From the NCBI GenBank assembly GCA_004431415.1, contig QPMI01000064.1, positions 344,345-408,344 of the forward strand: a stretch of DNA of 64,000 bases, read 5' to 3'. Position numbers and translations under genes: made by a program. Origin of the DNA: Cyanophora paradoxa CCMP329. Its lineage: Eukaryota > Plantae > Glaucophyta. Shown here piece after piece: positions 48,987-58,761 of the stretch. Within the stretch, counting starts at the first letter, position 1. Every line of letters begins with the position of its first letter. The notes below the pieces were generated by a model, which saw only the letters and a program-made list of their open reading frames with translations, was not told the origin of the DNA and did not search any database.

Positions 48987-49489
48987 CCTCGGCCGCCCCC
49001 TCCAGCAGCGCCGGCCCCAGCCCCGTCCCCTTCTCCCTCGCCGACCGCAGCCCCGTCCCCGCCGCCTTCGCCGCGCCCGTCCCCGGCCCCGGCGCCGTCC
49101 TCTCCGCGATCCAGGGCTTCGGGGCCCAGCAGGAGGCCGAGCGGCAGGCGCTGGCGGCGCGCCAGGCGCGCGAGGCGGAGGAGCGGCGCCAGGGCCTCTG
49201 GGCCCAGCGCCTCCAGCGCACCCTCGCCTTCCGCGCCGAGCTGGAGGCGGGATTCCGCGCCCGCCAGATCTCCGGTGCGGAGGCCTCGGAGACTTGGCGG
49301 GCGTTCGAGGCGGAGACGGCGGGGCTGGCGAAGACCCTCGCCCAGCCCTACCGGCGCGTGGCCGTCCCGCAGTCCTACGCGCGGCGGGCGACGCTGGAGG
49401 CCTCGCGGGCGGAGATCGACGCGGCGGAGGAGCAGGCGGAGCGCGAGGAGGCCGAGGACAACGCGCGCTTCCGGCACCTCCACCACTGA
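48987..49489 (+). CDS. Viral hypothetical coiled-coil protein, 5'-truncated at the insert edge
   Basis: Intronless GC3-rich ORF ending ...EDNARFRHLHH*; the in-frame upstream part is palindromic host spacer. Confidence 0.55.
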
Positions 49490-49536
49490 GGCCTCGAGGC
49501 GGTATTTTTCTCAACCCCTTCCAATTCGGTCTCGCG

Positions 49537-49728
49537 ATGGCCCTCGCTGACAGCTATCCCCCGCATTACTCGCTAGGAGCCCTCGCCGCGACCCTCACCT
49601 GGCTCCTCGGCGGCACGCCCACGGCCTCGGCCGTCATCGGCGTGGGCTTCGGCTACGCCGCCAAGACCCTCTACGCCCCCGGCTCCGTCTCGATGGCGAC
49701 GGCCGGCATGCGCCCCGCCGGGCGTTAA
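49537..49728 (+). CDS. Viral small hydrophobic/membrane protein (63 aa)
   Basis: MALADSYPPHYSLGALAATLTWLLGG...VIGVGFGYAAK; atttttct motif upstream. Confidence 0.6.
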   Translation: MALADSYPPHYSLGALAATLTWLLGGTPTASAVIGVGFGYAAKTLYAPGSVSMATAGMRPAGR

Positions 49729-49835
49729 CTCTCCCTTTTCAAAGTTCCATTCCCCCCTTTCCCTTTTCAAAGTTGCGACGTCCTTTTGAGTCCGTTGGCA
49801 TTTAAATTTTCTTCATCGTCTGTACACGTCTAAAC

Positions 49836-50332
49836 ATGCCCAACGCCGTAGAGAAGCTGTTGTGTACGGTGTTCAAATCGGACTCGCGCTGCAGCAAGAT
49901 CGGCGAGGCTGCCAAGGGCGGGGGCGGGGCGAAGGCCGGCGGCGGGGCGGAGGGGCCTAAGATAAGGGGCGCGGACCCGGCGCCGCCGGCGCTAAAGTCG
50001 ATTAAGGCTGCGGGCAAGGGCCGCGGCGTCGGGCCCCTGCCCCTCGTGGCGATCGCCCCGGGCCAGCGCGAGGCGGCGCACGCGGCGACGGCGGCGCTGG
50101 CCTCGCAGCAGCAGAGGGAGGGGGCGCCGCGCCTGAGCGCCGGCCTCTGGTCGCAGCCTGCGCCCGCGCGCGAGTACGGCGTCAGCGCTTACTTCGACGG
50201 CGCGAACGAGCTGAGCCGCCAGGAGATCTGGCCTGGGAGGCGCGGCGCGCGGTCGACGGGCACCTGCCGTTGCTCGTGGCGCTCGGCGGCTCGCTCCTCA
50301 TGGTCTGGTACCTGCGCGGCTTCGCGATTTAG
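49836..50332 (+). CDS. Viral hypothetical protein with C-terminal TM segment (frameshift near 50235)
   Basis: The shifted frame gives ...HLPLLVALGGSLLMVWYLRGFAI*. Confidence 0.55.
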
Positions 50333-50361
50333 ATAGATTTTCGAAGCGCTAGCTAGTAGAG

Positions 50362-50688
50362 ATGAGCTGGCTCGACGCGCTGCTCACCAAGACCTTTGGG
50401 CCCAAGGGCGCGCCGCGGCTGCAGTTCGGTGAGCTCAACGCCGCGATCGGCGCCACAGTCGAGATGAAGAACCGCGAGAACGTGCTGCGCGGCGACGGAG
50501 GCGCGTGGGCGGACATTGCGGCGGGCGCGCTGGGCTCCGCACTCACCGCACCGGGCAAGGCGGGCCGCGCGCTCACGGACGTGGCCGAGCGCTTCTGGCA
50601 CTGGCTCAAGGTTGCCGTGGTCATCGCCGCAGCGGTTGTGGCGGGTCTCCTGGTGCTCGAGGCTCGCGCGCTATTTTCTAAACGCTAG
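50362..50688 (+). CDS. Viral membrane protein (108 aa)
   Basis: Intact ORF with C-terminal WLKVAVVIAAAVVAGLLVL. Confidence 0.7.
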   Translation: MSWLDALLTKTFGPKGAPRLQFGELNAAIGATVEMKNRENVLRGDGGAWADIAAGALGSALTAPGKAGRALTDVAERFWHWLKVAVVIAAAVVAGLLVLEARALFSKR

Positions 50689-50704
50689 GTAAAGCGAGCG
50701 AACC

Positions 50705-51106
50705 ATGCCCCGCGGCGGCTCTTCCCCCGTGTCTCCTTCGCTGAGAACGAAGTCGCCGCTACCCCCTGGAGCCCGGCGTCAAGCTGGAGCGCGCGAACGC
50801 AGTCTCCGTCAAGAAGGCCAAGCGCGCGCTGGTTCTAGAAGTCCCAAGACCGCCTCGCAGTTCCTTCCCACGTCCGAGTACGACGGCACGGAAGATACGG
50901 AGAAGGTTGCATTCAACAAGCGCAAGACGTACAAGGCGATACGCGAGGGCCAGCTGCTGCCCACGGACGCGGTTCCCGGGCTGCCGGGCACCACGGCCGG
51001 CGAGCTGCTCGTGCGCAACCTGCGCCTGCAGTACGTCTCCCGCCTCCGCCGCTCCAAGGCCAAGAAGGCGCGCCTGGACTCGGGCGATAGCAGCTCTAGC
51101 TCGTAG
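50705..51106 (+). CDS. Viral basic hypothetical protein (133 aa)
   Basis: Intact ORF with attttcta at 50673-50680. Confidence 0.6.
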   Translation: MPRGGSSPVSPSLRTKSPLPPGARRQAGARERSLRQEGQARAGSRSPKTASQFLPTSEYDGTEDTEKVAFNKRKTYKAIREGQLLPTDAVPGLPGTTAGELLVRNLRLQYVSRLRRSKAKKARLDSGDSSSSS

Positions 51107-51122
51107 GGCTCTGTACTCAATA

Positions 51123-51406
51123 CTACCAGTTCCTGTTCCTATCCCAGAGCACGACTCGGGTAAAGGGCACGGTCATAGCGAACATGAACTCGGCAAACTT
51201 GGAGAAGTTCATGAGGGTCCTAGGCGCGGGTCCTCCCAGTAGATAGCTTCGCGCAGGGACTCGTAGATGCGCATGAGGGAGCGCTCGTTCTCGGTCGCGA
51301 AGGCGTCGGAGGGCTCGTCGGGATCCGGATCCGAGAGCTCCGAGTACTCGTCCGAGCTGCCAGCGCTCTCGACGCCTGCGGCCGGGTCGGGCGAGGGGTC
51401 AGCCAT
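51123..51406 (-). CDS. Viral small acidic protein (frameshifted)
   Basis: MADPSP...ENERSLMRIYESLREAIYWED, continuing in another frame as TLMNFSKFAEFMFAMT. Confidence 0.55.
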
Positions 51407-51432
51407 TCTTTGCTGGTAGAAGGGCTAGAAAA

Positions 51433-51774
51433 TCACGGGCGCCGGTACTCCATCGAGTCGCCGCGCCAGTACTTGTTGCCGGAGGCGAGCAGCTTCATCG
51501 GCTCGCCCGTCGAGTCGTGCGTCCAGGCCTCGCCCGTCCAGACGGCCGTGCCGCCGTCCTCTAGCTTGAGGCGGTGGCCCGCCTCGAGCCGATCGCCGTT
51601 GAGCATGCGGCCGGCCATGAGCGCCAGGTCCCACTCGGTGAGGCCGCGCTGCTCTTCGGGGGTGAGGCCGCGCTCGACGCGCTCGGGCTGGCGCGCCTCG
51701 CGCTCCATGCGGCTGAGGCCCACCAGGAAGAAGATCGGCAGCGCAAAGGCCATGAGATCTAGCAGGGCCTCCAT
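51433..51774 (-). CDS. Viral protein with N-terminal membrane anchor
   Basis: Intact ORF beginning MEALLDLMAFALPIFFLVGLS. Confidence 0.65.
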   Translation of the reverse strand: MEALLDLMAFALPIFFLVGLSRMEREARQPERVERGLTPEEQRGLTEWDLALMAGRMLNGDRLEAGHRLKLEDGGTAVWTGEAWTHDSTGEPMKLLASGNKYWRGDSMEYRRP

Positions 51775-51783
51775 TGGCAAGAC

Positions 51784-52077
51784 TTAGAAAAGGTTCCGGG
51801 CCAGGCCCGAGAGCTGCGGGCCCAGGCGCCGGGCGGCGTAGTAGAGCGCGGCGGCCGCGGCGGCCAGGATCAGAAGGCGCGGCGGGCCGCGCGCGGGCTC
51901 CTCCAGGGTCAAGTCCACGGTCTCTGGCTCGCGGGCCGGCGTCGCCAGGATCTCGGGCTCGGAGCTAAGGGACTTGGGCCCGCGGCGGCGGCGCTGCTTG
52001 GGGGCGGAGGCGGCGGCGGCGGCGGAGAGAAGGTCCTCGGGCTCCTGCTTGATACCTGCGCAGTCAGTAAAGTCCAT
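51784..52077 (-). CDS. Viral protein with C-terminal hydrophobic segment (97 aa)
   Basis: Intact ORF containing RLLILAAAAAALYYAARR. Confidence 0.6.
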   Translation of the reverse strand: MDFTDCAGIKQEPEDLLSAAAAASAPKQRRRRGPKSLSSEPEILATPAREPETVDLTLEEPARGPPRLLILAAAAAALYYAARRLGPQLSGLARNLF

Positions 52078-52761
52078 GCTTGCTGGGTACCTCGGAAAAT
52101 TGTGGGAGGTGCCCGGCGGCTGCGAACGTAGGATGGGGGGAGAAGTGACGCGGACGCGAATACGTCATAGTCGAATACGTCATAGTCCAAAACCTGGACT
52201 CGGACTCGGCCCGGGCCCTGGGAGGGGGGTACATGTTATGTCCAAATGTCCAAATGTCCAAATGTCCAAATGTCCAATTGAAAGGTTGCGGAGGTTGCGG
52301 ACGCGTCACAAATACGTCATAGTCGAATACGTCATAGTCCAAAACCTGGACTTGGGACCTGGGCCCAGACTCTCGCCAAGTTTCAAATAATAATACTGTA
52401 CCCTGTTATCTGCAAGCTTATCTTATCGTTATCGTGTCACCTATCCTATCCCGATCCTATCGCTATCCTTTCGCGATCGCTTGACTACACTATTGCATTC
52501 ATTGCTTTTGAATGTAGTTAATGTCATAGCAACTTGAACATGATGTCATGATGATTTCAAGTTAAATACCGGGGTACGGTGTTTTTGTTCAAGTCTCTTT
52601 TTTTTACCGGCAGGGCCGGGCCGAGTCCCGAGTCCAGGTTTTGGACTATGACGTATTCGACTATGACGTATTTGTGACGCGTCCGCAACCTCCGCAACCT
52701 TTCAGTTAATTAATTAAGCACTGGGCTAGCGCTAGGCTAGCTAGATATCGATACCAGCTAG

Positions 52762-53190
52762 CTAGCTCAGCTCTACCCTGCCCAAGTTGATGGTATCTAG
52801 CAGCGCCTGCTCCTCTAAGTCTGCACCGCCTCCTCCTAGCGCTAGCGCTAGCTCGATACCGCCTCCAGACTTGATCTCCCTTGGCTTCAGCCACCGAAGG
52901 GGCTCAGGCCACCTCCTCCTGGTGAAGCCGGTATCGTTGCGCTTGTCCAGCTTGAGGTAGCGGTAGGGCGCCGGCGCCGGCCAGTCGGGCCTGTGGCTGC
53001 TGGCCTCCTTGGCTATGTCCTTGGGCCTACGCGGAAGCAGGTCGGCCTTGGCCTTGGCCTTCTGCAGAGGGCCCAGCGCCTTGAACTTCGGTGCCTTCGT
53101 CGCCGGCAGGGCCTTCGGCTGAGGCTTCGGTGCCTTCTGCGCCTTCGTCTTCGGCTGCGGCTGCGGCTTTAGCTGCTTCGATTTCGGCAT
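52762..53190 (-). CDS. Viral Lys/Pro-rich basic protein (overlaps next ORF)
   Basis: 142-aa ORF MPKSKQLKPQPQPKTKAQKAPK...; its 3' end is invaded by ctag-rich sequence. Confidence 0.4.
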   Translation of the reverse strand: MPKSKQLKPQPQPKTKAQKAPKPQPKALPATKAPKFKALGPLQKAKAKADLLPRRPKDIAKEASSHRPDWPAPAPYRYLKLDKRNDTGFTRRRWPEPLRWLKPREIKSGGGIELALALGGGGADLEEQALLDTINLGRVELS

Positions 53191-53428
53191 ACTTCTTGCT
53201 CATAAATGAGAAAAGCGCCTCGAAGTCGGCTTTTATCTCCTCCTTGGTCCAGGATGTCATCTGAGTCGGGTCACCTGAGAACGGCGCATCGAACGCCACG
53301 TGGAGCGATTTGCAGGCCTGAGCTATCATTGGCTCCGGCCAGGCCAGCTCGATCAGCTGAAGGTAGATACTGAGGGCCTTGTCGAGCTTGGCGCCCTGGG
53401 AGACTAGCTGGGAGATGGCGGGCTCCAT
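53027..53428 (-). CDS. Viral hypothetical protein (133 aa)
   Basis: Intact ORF with attttct upstream. Confidence 0.6.
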   Translation of the reverse strand: MEPAISQLVSQGAKLDKALSIYLQLIELAWPEPMIAQACKSLHVAFDAPFSGDPTQMTSWTKEEIKADFEALFSFMSKKYAEIEAAKAAAAAEDEGAEGTEASAEGPAGDEGTEVQGAGPSAEGQGQGRPASA

Positions 53429-53678
53429 GGTACTGGATTAAGCAGCTAGCGGGGTTCAGAAAATGGCGCCAAGTCCGAGCTTATTTTTTACCGGCGGGGC
53501 CTGGGCCGAGTCCCGAGTCCAGGTTTTGGACTATGACGTATTCGACTATGACGTATTCGCGTCCGCGTCACTTCCCCCCCTCTTCAGGTGAGCGCTCACC
53601 TGACCCTCACCTGAACGGCCTCAAAACCGCAGCCGCGCCGCGCCCTCGCTCACACTTCACAGCCAAGAGAAATCAAGA

Positions 53679-53967
53679 ATGTGCGCCCCAAGTACGAGAC
53701 CTGCTGCCTGACCTTCGGCATCTTCGAGTACGAGGCCATGGACGAGGATCTCGACGAGAACGGCGAGATCTGCTTCAACTACTGCAGGCTGCTGCGCAAC
53801 ATCTCGCTGGAGTGCCGCAAGGGCGACTGCTTCCAGCACATCATGCTCAATCCGCCAAGAACGAGATCACCCTGTACGCCGTCGCCAGCCCCAGCGCCAG
53901 ATTTAGACTCTCGAATATTCGCGTAGCCGTGATTGAGGCTCTCCCCCTCCCCAGTGAGACGAATTGA
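53679..53967 (+). CDS. Viral small Cys-containing protein (frameshifted)
   Basis: Pieces PKYETCCLTFGIFEYEAMDEDLDENGEICFNYCRLL and AKNEITLYAVAS lie in adjacent frames. Confidence 0.5.
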
Positions 53968-54081
53968 ACACGTGTTTTACCTGAATCACCTGAGCGCTCA
54001 CCCGAGGTCAGCCTGAAGTCAGGTGGGGCGGCCTTAAATATTTTCTAGCGCTAGGCTGATCGCACACTAAGCTCAGACAAC

Positions 54082-54875
54082 ATGGCCACCGTCCGCAACG
54101 CCACCGAGATCGACCCCGCCAAGCTCGCCTTCGAAATCGATGCCAACGGCCGCATCAAGGCCAAGTACGACGGCCTGCAGGGCCTCATGATGTACGCGCC
54201 GCCCATGGTCACGATCAACCCGTGCATCAACACCGAGCAAGGCAAGGCGTGGAGCGACGAGAAGAAGGCCTTCGTCATGGAAGAAAACGGCGGATTTTAC
54301 ACGCTGGACCTCACCGATCTCAGCGCCGTCGACGGCCAGACGAACCCAGCCGCGGACGAGTTCCTCAAGCTGCTGGAGGCCCTGGACGCGAAATTCTGCG
54401 AGTTCGTGCAGCAGAACCAGGCCAAGCTCAAGGTCTCGCCCGGGCGCGCCCTCTCCAAGGATCAGATCTCGGTGCTGCAGACGCCCAGCGTGCGCATCAA
54501 GGTCGACAAGGAGTCGGGCCAGGCCTTCTACAAGTACCTCAACATGCGCATCCGCACGCAGACGATGGCGGGCAAGCGCAAGACGATCCCAGTCGTCGAC
54601 ATGTCCAACTACCTCATCACCGAGCGCGCCACCATCGGCACCGGAGACCTGGTGGCGGCCCTCGTTAAAATCGACACCGCCTACGCCATCCCGAGGGCAA
54701 GTTCGGCCTCAAGTGGTCCTTCCTCGCCGTGCAGCAGTGCAAGGTCGGCGCCTTTCGCTTCGCCGGCCGCACGCCCGAGCTGGCCTTCAAGCCCTACGAC
54801 AACGAGGCCGATTTCGAGCCCTACCTAAACCCCGAGTCTATGTACACCACCCCATGCAGTAGTTTAGACGAATAA
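54082..54875 (+). CDS. Viral single-stranded DNA-binding protein (OB-fold, DUF2738/T7 gp2.5-like NCLDV SSB); frameshift near 54692
   Basis: FYTLDL...EFLKLLEALDAKFCEFVQQN...GDLVAALVKIDTAYAI, then shifted GKFGLKWSFLAVQQCK and an acidic/aromatic tail. This is the typical NCLDV SSB layout. Confidence 0.75.
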
Positions 54876-54916
54876 ATTGTAAATTCTCTGGTGCAATTGA
54901 TTACAAGCGTTTACAA

Positions 54917-55715
54917 TCAGAGGCCGTTGAACTTGCCGCCCACCGCCCTGGGCTCCGCCGCCGTCGAGGCCGCCGCCTCCGTCACCTCCTTCATCATCTC
55001 CGGGTTCGCGTTGGCCGCGTGCACCGCCAGCACCGTCTGCACCAGGGCCATCCCCAGGCGCGCCTCGGGCCCCAGGGTCACGTAGCGCGAGTACTTAATC
55101 ACCAGCTCCTCTAAGATCGGCTGCACCTGGTCCATGGAAGAGAGCGTCGCCTGCCCGAGCCCGTCTAACTTCAGGCCGATCGGATCGTACGCTTTGTTAA
55201 GGTGCTCCAGCGAGTGCATGCCCGCGATCAGAAAGAGGCGCGCCGCCTCCAGCGAACCCCGCGTGCTCAGCTCGCGCTGAATTTCCTCGTACTCTTCCTT
55301 CAGCTCGTCCAGCGGCGTGGCGAGGCTCAGCTTCTTCGTGGACGTCAGCTCGCCCCGAACGAGCGCCTGTACTGCGCGATCTGCCGCAGAACCTGCTTCT
55401 TCTCGTCCACGTCCACCTGCGCCTCGTCGCGCGGCCTCTCCTGCAGGTCGATCCCCAGCGCCTTTTTCACGCTCTGCTCCTTCTTCTTCGTCATTTCGAT
55501 GTGCTCCTGCACGCTGAAGCTCGCGCCCTTGCTCGGCGCCGTCGGCGGCACCGTGGCCCGTCGCCCGGTAGCGACGTCTTGTCGGCCTTCGGCGCCTTCT
55601 CGCCTTTTCCTTGCCTTCCTTCGCGGGCGGCCCTTCTTCCGAGGCTGCGGGATCCCCACCGGGTTCGGCCCGTCCACGGCCAGCGCGTCGAAGCCCAGCA
55701 TCGCCGAGGGTCCAT
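54917..55715 (-). CDS. Conserved NCLDV-type protein (DUF5767-like), frameshifted
   Basis: LDELKEEYEEI...LEHLNKAYDPIGLKLDGLGQ...PILEELVIKYSRYVTLGPEARLGMALVQTVLAVHAAN resembles the LDG..EL..KY..PE.RL pattern of this family. Confidence 0.6.
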
Positions 55716-55749
55716 GGTTACGCTTGCCCTTAGAAATTTCCTCGGATTT

Positions 55750-56078
55750 TTACTCCGACGTCAGCTCGACGAAGAGCTCGATGTAAAGCCACAGTTTCTC
55801 GCGCAGCTCGGGCCCGCTCCCGTAGAAGAGCGAGCGCACGGCCGAGGCGTACTCCTGCGGCAGCTTCTCGAAAACTCCGTCGTCCCGCGCCTTAATTAAT
55901 TCGGCCTCCGCGTTGATGTGCCTCCTAAAGAGAACGATGACCGCCGTGGCGCCTATGCCGCGCAGCGACTGGATCTGCGCCCGCACCCCGGCTCCTTGGC
56001 CTCCGGCTCCAGCAGGTCGAGGAAGCGGCCCCAGCGCGCCTCGATCTGCTCGCCCAGCGTCGCCTCCGTCGCTGCCAT
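55750..56078 (-). CDS. Viral small helical protein (frameshifted)
   Basis: WGRFLDLL...ELIKARDDGVFEKL...REKLWLYIELFVEL; similar in pattern to small helical NCLDV proteins. Confidence 0.55.
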
Positions 56079-56092
56079 GTCGCTAAGGGGCT

Positions 56093-57209
56093 TTAGAAAT
56101 TAGCGGCCAGGGATGCCGCCGCCTTTTGGTACATTTCCGCCATGCGTGCGTTGGTTTCCCGTCGGATGTTCTTCTGTCTGTCCTGAGTCTCCACGACCAT
56201 GGCTTGGAATGCCTTTTGGATGTCGAACTGATCGTCGTTTCCATCCCTGCGACAGTACCCTCCTGTCGCACCTGGTTGAGAGCTTCGCGCTGATCCGAGG
56301 TTGTAAAGTCTTTCCCTACGCGATTGTTGGGGTTCACCACCCTCGGCAGCAGATTCTGGTCCGCATACGGCCATGCCGTCGGCAGCGCAGGGCCCCGCGT
56401 GCCTTGCTGGTCCATGAGCATTGCTCCGAAGGGATTGCCCTTGCTGAAGTCGACGTCGTTCCGTCCGTACGGCCTGTTGTGCTCGCTGCTGATGTTCGCC
56501 GTCTGCGCGTTGAACATGGGCGAGAGGTCGGGCGTGTAGCCGGCGCGGAAGCCGCCTTGCCGGCAGCATCGACGGGCCGTAGCGCCCGGCGGGCCCCAGC
56601 AGGTTCTCCTTCTCGATTCTTCCATCGTCTTGATCCAGCCGCGCTCGCGTGCCCACTTCATGACGAGATCGTCGTAGTTCATCGGGAAGAAAACCTTCTG
56701 GTACTTATCGAAACGCTGAATTTCGATATCCTGCTCGATCATGTTCGTAATTCGCTCGAGCAGCTCGGGGTAATATTCCTCGAGCATTTTAGCCACGCCG
56801 GGCTGCTTCAGGTCGAAGGCCGTCATGGCCCACTGGTCGAAATCGCGAATCATGATTTCCTTCCGCAGCGCGAACGCATTCTCGACGTCCTCTTCGTTGA
56901 TCTGGCGGTTGGGATAGGCATTCTGCAGCTGCTGCCGAATGCCCATCCGCATCAGCTTCTCCATCTGCGGGGTGTACTTCATCGCGGCAGGGTCTTCGTG
57001 GGAAGGGCCGTCAACCCGAGGCCCCGCGCCTGATCCTCCGGCGTGTAGATGTCCGCCTTGCCCGGATCTGTGACGTGCACCTCGGGTAGGATCGTGCCGG
57101 CGCATACTTCTCAATGATGCCGTCACCTCGCCCTTCAGGTCGTTCTCAGCGACTGGCGCTGCTTCTTAGAGCCCTCCCCGATGTCCATCATGGAATGGCC
57201 CTTCGTCAT
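56093..57209 (-). CDS. Viral hypothetical (possibly structural) protein downstream of MCP; frameshifted
   Basis: Core DFDQWAMTAFDLKQPGVAKMLEEYYPELLERITNMIEQDIEIQRFDKYQKVFFPMNYDDLVMKWARERGWI. Confidence 0.6.
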
Positions 57210-57299
57210 CGTGCCTCGGTTAGGATCCCAGTGGGAAAATTATTGGTTCACATCGGCGACCGAGGCTCGCCCCCTCTCACACTCTGGCTAGCTGGCAAT

Positions 57300-58736
57300 C
57301 TAATGGAAGCGGCGGTAGGCGCCGCCGTTGATGAAGCTGATCTCGTTGTAGTAGCGGCAGTAGATATCGGCGATCGCGTCGTCAGCGTCCCCGCCGTGGT
57401 GAGCGTGAGCTCGATCGTCTTGAAGGCGCCGAAGTCGAGGCCGCCGAACATCTTCGTGTCGTCTGCCACCTCGGTGCGAAGGGAATAGCGTAGATGAATT
57501 CGGTGCCGTACTGAGCGGAGGCGGCGGTTGCCGCGCCGTTCTGCACCGCTGGCATGATGTCGCTGTTGTTGTAATCCTGGGTGTCAAGGTGGTGATGGCG
57601 GTGTCGTTGCCCGACCACGGGTGCGGGTGAAGGGCATTGCGCAGCGCATTAATGATGGAAACCTCGTTGGTACCGTACGTCGTATCGGCCGCCTCCGCCA
57701 GGGCCTTTGCGCCGTTGGCGTCGGTGTTGTCGGCGAAGCCCTGCAGCAGCTCGAGGTACTTGCGCGTGGGCACGTTGCGGTGCTCGCGGTTCGCGATGGC
57801 GGTGCGCAGGAAATGCGCGTCGTGAATAGAGCTGTCGAGCGCCTTGATGTTATCGCACTTGAGGTCGATTTTGCTCAAGGGCGGAACTTCCAGAAGTTGT
57901 ACCCCTGGTCCGTCGCGGCGCCGTCGCGTACGACAATTACCATCTCGTAGCAGACGCCAGTGAACGGCAGCGGAAGCTCGTGCCGCTCGTGAACTTTACG
58001 TTGTACGACTGCATGTACTTGCCAGCCCACGTGACGCTGTTGGGTGGAGGCTGAGCTCGTACGGGCTCACGTGGGTGTAGCGCAGCACGAGCTTCGAATC
58101 GAGGTCGGTGGTCGCCGTCAGGCCACTGTCGGTGTGGATTCCGGTGGTGACCCAGGTGGCCGTAACATCCTTGTGGCTCGCGTACGTGATCTGAATCTTG
58201 AGGTCGTTGCCCGAGCCGCGGAGCTTATAGAGGGCACGGCGAACTTGCGACCGTAACCGGTGAGAACGCGGAGCGGGATGTGAAGCACCTGCGCCCGCTG
58301 GGAGCGGCGCAGCAGAACCTGTGTCGCCCAGCACTCGTTGATCAGGTTGACCGTGTGCGGAACGGAACGATCCTGCTCGAGCTCGTCGTAGATGGCATCG
58401 TAGGCGCCCTCGTACTCGTGGACGAGCTGCGTGCCCACGAAAACCTTCACCTTCTTCAGCAGGATGAGGCCGGCCTTCGGGAGGTAAATCTTCCCGGAGG
58501 CCACCGCAGGCAGCTTAACCTTGAGCCAAATATCGTTGATGAGGGCGCCGAGTGCGGGATGATGAAATCGAGGTCTGACCGAAGCTGATGCCGCTCTGGA
58601 CGGGGCTGACCTCCAGCACCTCGTCCACGAAGGGCGTCGCGGTGTCGAAGGAGTCGTTCACGTGCACGGACGAGTTCGAGCTCAGGAGCGACTGCGCGAG
58701 GGCGGTGGTGGGGGCGGAGATGAGCGCGGAAGCCAT
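57300..58736 (-). CDS. Major capsid protein, NCLDV-type double jelly-roll (multiple frameshifts)
   Basis: Stitched motifs: ISFGQT...GALINDIWLKVKLP; GLILLKKVKVFVGTQLVHEYEGAYDAIYDEL; LHIPL; NDLKIQITY; FIYAIPFA...FGGLDFGAFKTIELTL; DIYCRYYNEISFINGG. About 480 codons. Confidence 0.9.
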
Positions 58737-58761
58737 GGTTTAGGGGTGCGTTGAGAAAATT

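Larger units (their letters stand above)
52142..53580. repeat. Four-copy nested inverted repeat cluster with tandem 15-bp iterons
   Basis: A 52142-52201 / A' 53515-53574 form a perfect 60-bp IR; B 52279-52352 / B' 52631-52704 form a perfect 74-bp IR. Each copy contains (aatacgtcatagtcS)x2 + aaaacctggact. (atgtccaa)x5 lies at 52238-52277. Confidence 0.95.

Noticed and set aside
52142-52704. CRISPR-like array from repeated aatacgtcatagtcg units
   Set aside because: The units are adjacent pairs within inverted repeats, with no unique spacers and no cas genes, in a eukaryotic/viral context.
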